Source of the DNA: Candidatus Binatia bacterium
Lineage (GTDB): Bacteria; Desulfobacterota; Binatia; UBA9968; CAXXLF01
Length of the DNA: 64,000 nucleotides
Direction: 5' to 3'
NCBI GenBank assembly: GCA_963664015.2
Contig: CAXXLF010000002.1
Location: 1,472,001-1,536,000, forward strand
Shown here one piece after another: positions 40,188 through 51,107 of this stretch; position 1 is the stretch's first letter, and each line of letters starts with the position of its first letter. The notes beneath the pieces are model-generated. The model worked only from the letters and a program-made list of their open reading frames with translations, did not search any database and was not told the DNA's origin. A program made the position numbers and the translations under genes.

Positions 40188-41209
40188 ATGCCTGTGAAAT
40201 TCGGATTCTCTATCCGTGGGATAGAGCCAATAACCAGAATGGCTGAGCTCGCCCAGCGAGCCGAAGAGGCCGGGTTTGACCAGCTCTGGACAGCCGACTC
40301 ACATGCCATCTTCAAGGAGCTCTACGTCACTTTGACCGCGATGGCTCTCAGGACCCGTCGTCTGAGTATCGGGCCGATTGCCACGAGTAACCGGACACGG
40401 CATCCGACCGTAACAGCCGCAGCCATGGCTGCTCTCGATGAAGTGTCTCGAGGCCGCGCCCTCTTGGGGTTCAGCGTTGGTGGTAGCGCAAACAGGGCCA
40501 TCGGTGCAGAACCATCCAGGATCAAGGAGTGCGAAGAGTTTATTGGGCTGATCCGAAAATTCTGGCGCGGTGAGCCGGTGACAACTGCAAATCCCCCTTT
40601 TCGCTTTCCTTGCCGCCAGATTCCTCTCTACTTCACTGGTTCAGGGCCGCGCGTTCTGACCATGGCGGCAAGGGTGGCCGACGGAGTGATCATCAGTGCC
40701 ACCGCTTTTCCACTAGCTGTTCGGAAAAAGGTCGGAATGGTCCGGAAAGCAAGCCAGGAAGCGGGTAGGAGTCCTACCAGCTGAAAGTAGGTTGCGAGGT
40801 TCACTGTTGCGTTTCTGAAGATTCCCAAACGGCAAAAAACTTGGTGAAACCCCTAATCGTCCACCTGGGAGTGACTCAGCCTGAACTTTTCCAACTTGCC
40901 GGCTTTGACATTGATATGAACCAGTTCCAAAAGGCGCATTCCAGTCAGGATGATCTGATGCATTCCAGCCGGTGGGAGAATGCTATTAAGGCGTCAGACT
41001 TTGTCACAGATGAAATGGTGGAACAATTCTTTGTGGCAGGCACCGCCGCGGAATGCCTCAGTAAGGTCAAGGCCCTTGCGGCCGAAGACCTCGACCACAT
41101 CATCATACGCCCCTTTCTCTCCTCCCCAGACCCGTCACGGTTGGAATTCGACCAGTCTTACATCATAGATAGCTTCGGGCGGGAAATCATCCCACGCCTG
41201 GCGGGCTAG
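40188..41209 (+). pseudogene. LLM-class (Mer-like) flavin/F420-dependent oxidoreductase, disrupted
   Basis: AEEAGFDQLWTADSH, TRHPTVTAAA, SRGRALLG, GPRVL..A..VADGV; stops and frame break at 40782-40840; C-terminal part ends FGREIIPRL. Confidence 0.82.
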
Positions 41210-41405
41210 CCCTGCCTCTTAGCGCCTTGCCCGGTGACAGGGTCGTATCCAATATCAGTTCTCAGCTAATCAGGACCGGATCCTGACGATATCGTTGCCT
41301 GATTGCGACCACCGGGATCGAGCACCGGAGGATTCCAGGCTACTTGACAAACGAAAGAAAAAAGTGAAAGGTGCCGGGAAATCGTGATGACAGGAAGGAG
41401 TCGCG

Positions 41406-42158
41406 ATGGGCAGCACCGCGCAAACCAGTACATACAACCGGACATCATTTACCCGGGATGACCTTCATGGCCGCGACCGATCTAAGGCCGACTTCCAACC
41501 GAACCTGCACGTTGGCATGGAAGCCGTGGATTTCCCGCTGGTGGATCTGGACGGCCGAGCCATGCGGCTGTCCGACTATTGGGACAAAAAGCATCTCGTC
41601 GTGGAATTCGGTTGCATCACCGCACCGGTCTTTATTAACGACCTGAGCAGTCTCCACCGGATGCAACGGCAATTCAAAGACCAGGGAGTCCAGTTTCTGA
41701 TCATATATGCGCGGGAGGCTCATCCTGGAGCTCATTATCCGGCGCATACCTCCTTCGAACAAAAATTGAAACACGCACAGGACCTCAAGCATCAGGAAAA
41801 AGTGGACATCCCCGTTTTGGTCGATTCACTGGAAGGCCACGCACACCACGCTTACGGCGTCTCGCCAAGCCCGGTATACGCCATCGATAAAAACGGTATC
41901 GTGGTGTACAAATCGTCCTGGCTTAATCCCGGAGACCTCAAGTCCTTCCTCGCGGAGCTTCTCAGGAGCGAAGCCCTGAAAGCCAGTAGCGAACGGATGT
42001 CTCGGGTTGTCTACTCGGAAAAGCTCATGACGGTCCGGAGCAATTACGAAGTGCACGAGCAGGTATTTGAACGGGCTGGCCCCGGAGCCCGCGAAGACGT
42101 TAATAAGGCCTTCGGTGTAGACCCGGTGGAACTTGCCCGTAAGCAAAACAGCCGATAG
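41406..42158 (+). CDS. Iodothyronine deiodinase-like thioredoxin-fold protein
   Basis: DFPLVDLDG..RLSD, VVEFGCITAPVF, FLIIYAREAHPG, VLVDSLEG..H.AYG..P...Y.ID..G.V.YK. Confidence 0.8.
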   Translation: MGSTAQTSTYNRTSFTRDDLHGRDRSKADFQPNLHVGMEAVDFPLVDLDGRAMRLSDYWDKKHLVVEFGCITAPVFINDLSSLHRMQRQFKDQGVQFLIIYAREAHPGAHYPAHTSFEQKLKHAQDLKHQEKVDIPVLVDSLEGHAHHAYGVSPSPVYAIDKNGIVVYKSSWLNPGDLKSFLAELLRSEALKASSERMSRVVYSEKLMTVRSNYEVHEQVFERAGPGAREDVNKAFGVDPVELARKQNSR

Positions 42159-42446
42159 CAACCATGCAAAGTAGTGGCTCAAGGATGCTCTTAAATCTTA
42201 TGAACTGCCGGGATTAAGTTTATTGTTGGTATTAACTTCACCCAAATAACTATCAGTCAATCGCAAGAGAAAGACAGTAAGCAGCAAGCAGGGGGCAGCA
42301 AAGCAGAAACTACAGACTAACGACAACTCCAAGGCAAAGCGCATAGAGCAGAGCGAAAATAGGTGTCAGCGATCAACTAATAGTAAAGGATTAATAAGAA
42401 TAAACCACGGAAGAGCAGTCAGGAGAGAATTTAAGGAGAAAGTCCT

Positions 42447-43892
42447 ATGAAAACAGACCTTGTGATTGTTGGCGCAGGATTGGCCGGTCTGGTGGCAGGG
42501 ATCGAAGCGAGGTCGCATAATGCAACGGCGCTGATCCTCGACAAACTTCCCCCACCCGAGGAGTGGAACGCCGTAACCCAGCTTCCCGGCGGGACCGGCA
42601 ACGACACCTTCCGGGCAGGGGGTGGCGGGTTAGCACGGTTCTCCGCCAAGATCCTGGCGGAACATCTGGAGCACGGCCTCGAGGAGGTCTTGGCTGGGGA
42701 TGATCCGGTCGAGATCCTGCTGCGGCGCCACAAAAAGTGGGGCTGGGATGCTGTTGACACCGATCTGCTCAGGACATACTTCGCTCACATCTTTGAAGAC
42801 TGTTGCTGGTTGAGAGACGAGCTAGGCTTGCCCTACGCCGGTCGGTCAGTCAAGGGCAGGGGTATTGGGCTCTATCGCTGCCTGTACCAGGAGGCTAAAG
42901 CCAGGGGCGTGGAGATGATGTTCAACAGCAGGGCCGAACGCTTGCTTGTCGACGACACGGGCAGGGTCTACGGCGTGCACGCTGCCCGGGAGGGGGAGGC
43001 TCTGCTGGACATTGAAGGGAACGCGGTGGTCTTGGCGACGGGCGGCTTTCAAGGTGACCGGGAGATGCTCTCGAAGTATGTCGATCCGAATATCGCCCAG
43101 CGTATTCAGACGGTCGGCAGCCCAGATAACACCGGGGATGGTCATCTGATGGCCCAGGCCCTCGGAGCTCAGGTCCGACATCTCGGCACCTGTCACGTGC
43201 GTACAACGGACATCTTCTTCGGACAGGGACCGTCTCGCCACATGCTGAACATCTACCGCATGGGCGTTTACTTCAACGAGCGCTTCGAACGGTTCGTGGA
43301 CGAAGGTGCGGCAGACAGTGACACCATTGCCAATGCCATCGCCCGTCAACCGGGAAATCAGGCCGGGTTGGTCTTCGATGAGAAAGCCAGGGTGCAGTAC
43401 CCGCGCGAATACGAAAGCTACCCTCGCCGGGACCAGGTAATCAAAGCGGCCGGCTCAATCGAGGAACTCGCTACCAAGATGGGGGTTTCATCTGATGGGC
43501 TGAGCAGGCTCATCACCTCCTTCAATGCTAACGTGAAAGAGGGTGAGGCATCGGGTCCCAACCTGCCAAAAACCGGGTCCGCCTACAAGATCGACACCCC
43601 ACCTTTCTATGGCTTCTATCCGGTACGACCGGCTTTGAACCACACGCTGGGCGGGTTGGTGATGAATGCAAACTGCCAGGTGATGAACTTGGAAGGCAAT
43701 CCGATTCCGGGGCTGTACGCGGCGGGTACTGTTACGAACTGGGCCTATGGACAGACATACGATATAAATGGCGTTACATCGTATCAAGGCAGCTATCATG
43801 CGGGTGCGACCAGCGGTGCGGGCATTGCGCTTGTGTTTGGCCGTCTCGCCGGCAAACACGCCCTCGAATCGGCTAATGCCGCTCCTGCATGA
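42447..43892 (+). CDS. FAD-binding oxidoreductase (flavocytochrome c/fumarate reductase flavoprotein family)
   Basis: DLVIVGAGLAG, AVVLATGGF, NTGDG, HTLGGL, IPGLYAAG, FGRLAG. Confidence 0.88.
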   Translation: MKTDLVIVGAGLAGLVAGIEARSHNATALILDKLPPPEEWNAVTQLPGGTGNDTFRAGGGGLARFSAKILAEHLEHGLEEVLAGDDPVEILLRRHKKWGWDAVDTDLLRTYFAHIFEDCCWLRDELGLPYAGRSVKGRGIGLYRCLYQEAKARGVEMMFNSRAERLLVDDTGRVYGVHAAREGEALLDIEGNAVVLATGGFQGDREMLSKYVDPNIAQRIQTVGSPDNTGDGHLMAQALGAQVRHLGTCHVRTTDIFFGQGPSRHMLNIYRMGVYFNERFERFVDEGAADSDTIANAIARQPGNQAGLVFDEKARVQYPREYESYPRRDQVIKAAGSIEELATKMGVSSDGLSRLITSFNANVKEGEASGPNLPKTGSAYKIDTPPFYGFYPVRPALNHTLGGLVMNANCQVMNLEGNPIPGLYAAGTVTNWAYGQTYDINGVTSYQGSYHAGATSGAGIALVFGRLAGKHALESANAAPA

Positions 43893-43935
43893 GATTCTCG
43901 TCTTATGATCAGCCCCAATTGACAACCTCAACTCC

Positions 43936-44075
43936 ATGGCGGTTCACTGCATCGAGTTCCCCCCATGGACGTATAAGAAGAAGCATCGCCACGGTGTCGG
44001 CGCCCACGTCATTGTGCTGAACGGACAGGGATACTCTCTGTTATCTTTCGAGGGTGAGAAGGAACCCCGGCGCAG
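43936..44075 (+). pseudogene. Short bicupin fragment
   Basis: EFPPWTYKKKHRHGVGAHVIVLNGQGYSL matches the second cupin of the 27347 family; no flanking gene body. Confidence 0.65.
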
Positions 44076-44209
44076 CGACAATTTAAATTCAAAGGTGGAC
44101 GTTGGATCCGATCTTTTGGTATGCTTTAATGCCGTGATGAAAAACATGTGCGCCTGAGACAACGCTTCTTCCAGACTATAAATCCGTTGAATCCACAGAA
44201 GGTACCCCT

Positions 44210-46573
44210 ATGACCCAAAGCATTTCAGAAACCACACAGATGAAGATTGTGCGACTGATCGCTACGGAACTTGCGGTGAGGCCAGGGCAGGTCGCCGCCG
44301 CCGTGGCCCTCCTCGACGGAAGCTCGACCGTCCCTTTCATCGCGCGCTATCGCAAGGAGGCCACCGAGAATCTCGACGACACGCAGCTACGCACTTTGGA
44401 GGAGAGGCTGTTTTATCTGCGCGAGCTCGAAGAGCGGCGCGCGACAATCCTCGCCTCCATCGACGAGCAGGGCAAACTCACCGACGAACTGCGTGCCTCC
44501 ATCGAGTCGGCCGCCACCAAGCAAACTATGGAGGATCTGTATCTGCCCTATAAGCCCAAGCGCCGCACGCGGGCGCAGATTGCCCGTGAGGCCGAGCTGG
44601 AGCCCCTTGCCGATACCCTGCTCGCCTATCCCATGCTGAGTCCGGAGCAGGAGGCAGTGAAGTATGTGAACGACAGACCTGCTACTGAAAACGGCGTTCC
44701 CGACATCAAAACCGCGCTCGAAGGCGCCCGCGATATACTTGCCGAGCGGTTTGCCGAGACAGCCGAACTGCTGTCTAAACTGCGCGCGCGAATGTGGAAC
44801 GAGGGCCTTCTCACTTCCAAGGTCATGAAAGGCAAGGAATCCACCGCGGAAGAAAAGTTCCGCGACTACTATAATTATTCCGAGCCCATATGGAATATTC
44901 CCTCCCATCGCGCGCTGGCACTGTTTCGCGGCCGCAGCCTGGACGTCCTGACCCTCAATCTGACTTTACCCGAGGAACTCGAAGCCGCCGTGCCGCATCC
45001 TTGTGTTGGGATGATCGCGGCGCACTTCGGCATCGAAGAACGCGGGCGTCCCGCCGACGAGTGGCTAGCCGATGTTTGCAACTGGGCCTGGCGGGTCAAA
45101 GCCCATCTACATATTAGCACCGAGCTGCTCGTGCAATTACGCGAAGCGGCGGAAGCGGAGGCGATTAAAATCTTCGGACGTAATCTGCATGAGCTTATGC
45201 TGGCGGCACCCGCAGGCGCCAAAGCCGTGCTCGGCATCGACCCCGGCATACGCACGGGCTGCAAAGTGGCGGTGATCGATGCCACCGGAAAACTGCTGGA
45301 AACTGCAACCATCTACCCACACCAGCCACGCAACCACTGGCAGGAATCGCTAGGGACGCTGGCGCGCTTGATCGTCCATCATGGCGTGAAGCTGATCTCC
45401 ATCGGCAACGGTACCGCTAGCCGGGAGACCTATAAGCTCGCCGCCGAGCTAATCAAGTTTCTAGCCGTCAAAATGCCGGAGAGGAAGATCGATAAGATCG
45501 TCGTGAGTGAAGCCGGAGCTTCGGTCTATTCGGCGTCGGCATTTGCCGCTGCGGAATTTCCCCAGTTGGACGTGACCTTGCGGGGCGCCGTTTCCATCGC
45601 ACGGCGCCTCCAAGACCCTTTAGCCGAGCTAGTAAAAATAGATCCTAAATCCATCGGTGTCGGCCAATATCAACACGACGTAAACCAGCGTGCGCTGGCG
45701 CGTTCTCTCGACGCCACTGTCGAGGACTGTGTCAACGCGGTGGGCGTGGACGTGAACACGGCGTCGGAGCCGCTGCTCGCTCGCGTTTCGGGACTGAACA
45801 GTTTGATGGTGAAAAACATCGTTGAATTTCGTAATGCCAATGGCCCATTTCCAAATCGCAAAGCCATACGCAAGGTGCCACGCCTGGGCGACAAGACCTT
45901 CGAGCAAGCAGCGGGATTTTTGCGGATCAACGACGGCGATAATCCCCTCGACCGCTCAACGGTCCACCCAGAAGCCTATCCTGTGGTCGAGCGAATTCTG
46001 GCTCGCGTCGGCAAAGACATCGGCGAAGTGATGGGGCAGGCGGCACTGAAAGGGCTTTCACCCGCCGACTTCACCGACGATAAATTCGGTGTACCGACGG
46101 TTCAGGACATCTTTGCGGAGCTGGAAAAGCCCGGCCGCGACCCGCGCCCAGAATTCAAAGCCGCTACCTTCAAGGATGGCATCGAGACTCTCGCCGATCT
46201 GAAGCCGGACATGATTCTCGAAGGCGTTGTGACCAACGTTACTGCCTTTGGCGCGTTCGTCGACATCGGCGTGCACCAGGACGGCCTGGTTCACGTGTCC
46301 GCGATGGCCAACAAATTTGTCAAAGACCCCCAGGAAGTCGTCAAGCCCGGTCAAATCATCAAAGTGAAGGTCATGGACATCAACGAGAAACGCCAGCGCA
46401 TCTCGTTGACCATGCTCATCGAAAACACGGGCGGTGTTACGCCGCGCTCAAGTGAAATCCGTGCGGATGTTGCACGAGGCCCACGTAACCGGCGCCCCCT
46501 CGAACCCCAACGCGCTCCCCAGCCCAGGGGGGTTATCGCGTTGGCGCTGGAACGGGCCAGGCAGAAAAAATAA
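44210..46573 (+). CDS. tex: Tex (RNA-binding transcriptional accessory protein, S1 domain)
   Basis: TVPFIARYRKEAT, EDLYLPYKPKRRT, GIDPGIRTGCK, IGNGTASRET, SIGVGQYQHDV, FGAFVDIGVHQDGLVH. Confidence 0.97.
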   Translation: MTQSISETTQMKIVRLIATELAVRPGQVAAAVALLDGSSTVPFIARYRKEATENLDDTQLRTLEERLFYLRELEERRATILASIDEQGKLTDELRASIESAATKQTMEDLYLPYKPKRRTRAQIAREAELEPLADTLLAYPMLSPEQEAVKYVNDRPATENGVPDIKTALEGARDILAERFAETAELLSKLRARMWNEGLLTSKVMKGKESTAEEKFRDYYNYSEPIWNIPSHRALALFRGRSLDVLTLNLTLPEELEAAVPHPCVGMIAAHFGIEERGRPADEWLADVCNWAWRVKAHLHISTELLVQLREAAEAEAIKIFGRNLHELMLAAPAGAKAVLGIDPGIRTGCKVAVIDATGKLLETATIYPHQPRNHWQESLGTLARLIVHHGVKLISIGNGTASRETYKLAAELIKFLAVKMPERKIDKIVVSEAGASVYSASAFAAAEFPQLDVTLRGAVSIARRLQDPLAELVKIDPKSIGVGQYQHDVNQRALARSLDATVEDCVNAVGVDVNTASEPLLARVSGLNSLMVKNIVEFRNANGPFPNRKAIRKVPRLGDKTFEQAAGFLRINDGDNPLDRSTVHPEAYPVVERILARVGKDIGEVMGQAALKGLSPADFTDDKFGVPTVQDIFAELEKPGRDPRPEFKAATFKDGIETLADLKPDMILEGVVTNVTAFGAFVDIGVHQDGLVHVSAMANKFVKDPQEVVKPGQIIKVKVMDINEKRQRISLTMLIENTGGVTPRSSEIRADVARGPRNRRPLEPQRAPQPRGVIALALERARQKK

Positions 46574-46814
46574 AATGTATGAAAGGCCGACCGTTAAGAG
46601 TTTTTAACCGCAGATTTACGCCGATTATCACGGATAAGGATTCGGATATTTCATCGCAGAGACACACGAATAGACAGGGACAGGAAAAATGGACAAGACA
46701 AAAGGCAATGAGCGCGCCAGAATCCTAGCCACGGAGCAAAGTTAAGCAGCCACCTTTACCGTTGACTTGACCTCAAAAAAGCGGTAAACAGCCAACCTCG
46801 ATAGGAGGGAAGCA

Positions 46815-47948
46815 ATGAATACTACTATAGGCAAGTTTCTAGGTTTTTTGTTGTTCTCCTGGCTCGTTGCCGCACCTGTTTTTACTGGAGCCGGGAAGGC
46901 GCATGCTAACTGGGAGGCCGAATGGAAAAAAACGGTGGAGGCAGCAAAAGAAGAAGGCCAGGTCAGGATCTACCTCTCCTCTAACCAGAACACCCTGCTT
47001 ATAAAATCGGGGGCTTTTCAGAAGAAATTTCCGGAGATCAAGGTGATTCTCGCGCTGGGAAGTCCACTCCAACGCATCATGACCGAACGAAGAGTTGAGA
47101 AATATGTCGCGGATATCGCGTTCACCGGTCCAGGCAGTCTTTGGCAACTCTATCTAGCCAAGGTCCTGGACCCGGTTAGAGATACCATTATTTTACCTGA
47201 GGTCGCCGATGAATCGAAGTGGTTTAATGGAAAACACTACTACGTGGACAAAGAACGAAAATACATTATTGCCGGTGTTGGGAACGTCGACCTTGGAGCT
47301 ATTTTCTATAACACCAAACTCATCAACCCCAAGGATTTTAAATCCTTCTGGGATTTATTCCGTCCCGAATTAAAAGGGAAGATAATCTCCCGAGATGTGC
47401 GAAGCCAGGGCCCGGGCAGCGTTACCATGAGAATGTTCTATCACAATCCCAAGTTAGGGACAAAGTTCATCCATCGCCTCTTCAGCGAAATGGATATTAC
47501 CCTTTTCCGTAATCAACGGCAAGGAATCGATTGGCTTGCCACCGGGAAGTATCCTATCTGCTTGTTCTGCAGCAACTCGCGTATACATTTTGCCAAACGT
47601 CAGGGACTCCCGGTAGACAGTTTTGGACTGATGAAAGAAGGCGCAGGGCTAATTGTGAGTGGGGGGAGTATCAGCGTTGTGAAGGGGGCTCCTCATCCTA
47701 ATGCGGCGAAAGTTTTCATCAACTGGTATCTCTCCCGGGAGGGACAGATAGCGCTGCAATTGGGAGGTGGCGGCACGGCCAATTCGCGCCGGATAGACAT
47801 CCCCAAAGACATGGTCCAGCCTAATCGGCGCCCACAGAAGGGCGTCACGTATATCGATACTGAGACTTGGGATCGGATCTCCATGGAACCCGTGCTCAAG
47901 GTGTTAAAAGCTGCTTTGGCGGAAGCAGACAAAAGAAAGAAAAAATAG
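46815..47948 (+). CDS. ABC extracellular solute-binding protein (copy A)
   Basis: Signal peptide, WKKTVEAAKEEG, APHPNAAKVFINWYLSREGQ. Confidence 0.9.
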   Translation: MNTTIGKFLGFLLFSWLVAAPVFTGAGKAHANWEAEWKKTVEAAKEEGQVRIYLSSNQNTLLIKSGAFQKKFPEIKVILALGSPLQRIMTERRVEKYVADIAFTGPGSLWQLYLAKVLDPVRDTIILPEVADESKWFNGKHYYVDKERKYIIAGVGNVDLGAIFYNTKLINPKDFKSFWDLFRPELKGKIISRDVRSQGPGSVTMRMFYHNPKLGTKFIHRLFSEMDITLFRNQRQGIDWLATGKYPICLFCSNSRIHFAKRQGLPVDSFGLMKEGAGLIVSGGSISVVKGAPHPNAAKVFINWYLSREGQIALQLGGGGTANSRRIDIPKDMVQPNRRPQKGVTYIDTETWDRISMEPVLKVLKAALAEADKRKKK

Positions 47949-48299
47949 GCGACGGGACAGGAAAGGTTAGCTGTCAGCCGTCCGCCACACAAGCCAGAGA
48001 ACAGAGGTCAGAAGTCGGAGGTTAGACCACAGAGACAAAATGCTCGCGCAAAGAGCCTACTCCGCCGGAGCAGCGTCGGCTGCGAAGGCCGGGCACAAAG
48101 GGCGCCAAGCTCGGAAAAGATAAGTTAACCGCAGATTTACGCCGATTATCGCAAACAAAGGCCAGGCCATTCAAAGCGGAAACACAACAAATAGATAGAG
48201 ACAGAGACAGTGCGTGAGAAGAGAAAGACAGTAGACAGGAGCGGAGGGCAGAGCGCAAAGCCTAGTTAGCGATCAGCTTCCAGCGAGCAGCAAGATCTC

Positions 48300-48340
48300 A
48301 AACGGGCGCCTCATGCTCTATTCACACGAGGCGCCCGTTT
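48300..48340. terminator. Inverted repeat between convergent SBP genes, probable bidirectional terminator
   Basis: AAACGGGCGCCTC-N15-GAGGCGCCCGTTT followed by TT. Confidence 0.7.
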
Positions 48341-48351
48341 TTATAGGTCGC

Positions 48352-49485
48352 CTATTTTTTCTTCCTTTGATGCGCTTCCGCCAAAACAGCGTTGATTATC
48401 TTGAGCACCGGTCTCGTTGATATCCGATCCCAAGCGTCGACTTCAATATACTTGCCGTCTTTCATGAGCCGCCGGTTGGGTGGGATACTGTCCCTTGGGA
48501 TGTCCATCCGGCGGGAATTTGAGAAACCGCGTTTTAATGTTTGCAACGCTATCTGTCCCTCCCGGGAGAGATACCAGTTGATGAAGACTTTCGCCGCATT
48601 AGGATGGGGCGCCCGGTTGACAACGGTGAGACCGCCTCCTCCCGAACTCAACGCCGCGCCTTCTTTCATCAGCCCAAATTTTTCTACCGGGAGTCCCTGA
48701 AACTTGGCGTTTTCTATCCGCGAGCTGTTGCAAAAAAGACAGATGGGGAATTTGCCTGTGGAAAGCCAATCGATTCCTTGCCGTTGATTGCGGAAAAACG
48801 TGAGATCCATTTCACCGAACAGACGCTTGATGAATTTAACCCCGAGTTCGGGATTGTGATAGTAGAACTTGATGGTCACGCTACCCGGACCAGGGGATCG
48901 GATATCCCGGGCCGCCATCTTCCCCTTCATTTCAGGACGGAGAAAATCCCACATGGAACGAAATTTTTTAGGTTTAATCAAGTTGGTATTGTAGTAAAAA
49001 TTTCCCGAGTCCGGGTTCCCAATAGCGACAAAGATGTATTTTTCTTCTTTGTCTACGTACTGGTGTTTCCCCCTGAACCACTTGGACTCATCGATGACCT
49101 CAGGTAAAATCATAGCGTCCCTTACCGGATCCAGGACCTTGGCCAGATAGAGCCGCCAGAGGGTGCTAGGTCCGGTGAGTGCAACATCGGCGAGGTATTT
49201 TTCCACTCTTCGCTCGGTGAGGATGCGGTGGAGCGGGTTTCCCAGCGCGACAAGGAGTTTGATCTCCGGGTACTTTTTCTGAAAAGCCCCCGACTCTAGA
49301 AGTAGATTGCTCTGCCTGGACGAGGTGTAGATTGTAACCTGGCCTTCTTCTTTTGCGGCCTCCACCGTTTTCTTCCATTCGGCCTCCCAGTTAGCATGCG
49401 CCTTCCCGGCTCCAGTAAAAGCAGGTGCGGCAACGAGCCAGGACAACAACAGAAAACCTAGAAATTTGCCTATAGTAGTATTCAT
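48352..49485 (-). CDS. ABC extracellular solute-binding protein (copy B)
   Basis: 377-aa paralog of copy A; near-identical upstream region and first about 50 codons. Confidence 0.9.
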   Translation of the reverse strand: MNTTIGKFLGFLLLSWLVAAPAFTGAGKAHANWEAEWKKTVEAAKEEGQVTIYTSSRQSNLLLESGAFQKKYPEIKLLVALGNPLHRILTERRVEKYLADVALTGPSTLWRLYLAKVLDPVRDAMILPEVIDESKWFRGKHQYVDKEEKYIFVAIGNPDSGNFYYNTNLIKPKKFRSMWDFLRPEMKGKMAARDIRSPGPGSVTIKFYYHNPELGVKFIKRLFGEMDLTFFRNQRQGIDWLSTGKFPICLFCNSSRIENAKFQGLPVEKFGLMKEGAALSSGGGGLTVVNRAPHPNAAKVFINWYLSREGQIALQTLKRGFSNSRRMDIPRDSIPPNRRLMKDGKYIEVDAWDRISTRPVLKIINAVLAEAHQRKKK

Positions 49486-49732
49486 TGCTTCCCTCCTATC
49501 GAGGTTGGCTGTTTACCGCTTTTTTGAGGTCAAGTCAAGGTCGCGAATAGGGGGTTAAGTCTACGTTTGATTGGGCCCATCCTCTTCTCTATCTTTTGCT
49601 CCCTCCACTTCTTCCCTTCGAAGCTGTTGAGCTTCACTTGACGGCTATGCTAAAAGATATCGAAGTACAATCTAGCGCGCACCAAGCAATGGTGTTGATG
49701 ACGCGCTCAGACCATATGGAGGGAACCCAATT

Positions 49733-50341
49733 ATGAAACTTTATTATAAGGCAGGTGCATGTTCCCTGGCCTCGCATATCGCGCTCCGCGAGTCAGGACT
49801 GAGCTTCGAGCGCGAGGCCGTCGATACAAAAAGCAAAAAGACCGATAAGGACCGTGACTACCTTGCGATCAATCCAAAAGGTTACGTGCCGGCGTTGGGA
49901 CTCGACAACGGCGAAGTGCTCACCGAAGGTCCAGCCATTCTGCAGTATATCGGCGACCAAATACCCGAATCCGGGCTCGTACCGGCGGCGGGCACATGGG
50001 AGCGCTACCGTGTCCAAGAATGGCTCAATTTCGTCACTTCGGAGATCCACAAGGGTTTCAGCCCACTGTTGCGGCCGACAACGCCGGATGAATATAAGGC
50101 GATTGCAAAGGAGACACTCATCAAGCGCCTGGGCTACATTGCGCAGCACCTAGAGGGCAAGACCTACCTCGTCGGCGACAACTTCACGGTAGCCGATGCC
50201 TATCTTTTTACGATTCTAAACTGGCGCACACGTATCGGCCTGACTTTAGACCGTTGGCCGGTGCTGGAGCAGTATCAAGCCCGTTTGGCCGAGCGACCGT
50301 CCGTTCAGGCGGCGATGAAGGCAGAAGAATTGATAGCTTAG
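49733..50341 (+). CDS. gstA: Glutathione S-transferase, beta class
   Basis: MKLYYKAGACSLASHI, INPKGYVPAL, LTEGPAI.QY, WLNF.TSEIHKGF, FTVADAYLF, RPSVQAAM. Confidence 0.93.
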   Translation: MKLYYKAGACSLASHIALRESGLSFEREAVDTKSKKTDKDRDYLAINPKGYVPALGLDNGEVLTEGPAILQYIGDQIPESGLVPAAGTWERYRVQEWLNFVTSEIHKGFSPLLRPTTPDEYKAIAKETLIKRLGYIAQHLEGKTYLVGDNFTVADAYLFTILNWRTRIGLTLDRWPVLEQYQARLAERPSVQAAMKAEELIA

Positions 50342-50462
50342 TTTGTCAGTGCGATTTGATTTATACCGTGGGCTCCGGGTCGGACGGCAAAAATAGCAAA
50401 TTTGACACCGGTCCAGCACCATTCTCATTCCCAGGTGCTGGACCGATTCGGATCTAGTCACC

Positions 50463-51091
50463 TTAATTGGGCAGCATCTCGGCTGTTATCTGGCGCGGAC
50501 CGATACTCTCCTGGTATTTTTTAGTCTCCAGATCATACCGGCCGTGGAGATTGGTTGATATGCCGTCCTTTGCGCTTCGAATAATCACAGCGGCTGTTCG
50601 CTCGCCGATGTTAACCTCCAAATGGATGTCCCGTGGCCTGGCCAGGTGACATCCCCCGGCGCCGCCAGGTAATCAGAGGTCTTTTCCACTTCGGCGTGGT
50701 CAGGCTTGGACCCATCGTCGGTCCGCTTGTACAGCGTGATCCGCTCGTGCCCGTCCAACAAGCCGTAGGCAGTGTAGATGGCGCCATGATCGTGAGCACG
50801 TCTCGGCTCGCCCTGCGGCCGGCTCGCTTCATGGACCTGACCGTTTATGACAAACCCATAGTCCGGATCCTCGTAGAACAGCAGATTCCCGGCACGACGC
50901 TCTTCCGAACTAACAACAAAACCGGAGACTGGCCACCCCTTTGAGGCCTCACGAACCTCCGGATCTTCCAGAAGCTCCTTCAAGATGGGCGGCAGCGCCG
51001 CCCATCGTTTATCCAGGTCCGGCTCATCGGCGAACAGCTACCGCGTTTTGCGAATGAACCGTTCAAGTGCATTTTCGCCACGAGTTTCCAT
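50463..51091 (-). pseudogene. Cysteine-dioxygenase-like cupin, disrupted
   Basis: ATG 51091, in-frame TAG at 51038-51040, NLLFYEDPDYGFVING, HDHGAIYTAYG, frameshift near 50645, ends TAEMLPN*. Confidence 0.75.
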
Positions 51092-51107
51092 AACTACGGG
51101 ACCCTCC

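Noticed and set aside
40782-40790. TGA in the LLM gene as a recoding site
   Set aside because: It is followed by TAG two codons later and a frame change, so it is frameshift damage.
7508-48258. ORFs made of repeat tracts (7508-7843, 25905-26126, 30443-30748, 48022-48258)
   Set aside because: They are translations of intergenic repeat modules.
17876-51040. Stop-codon reassignment or pyrrolysine suggested by several in-frame TAG codons
   Set aside because: Intact genes end with TAG, TAA and TGA at expected positions; the interruptions use all three stops and co-occur with frameshifts.
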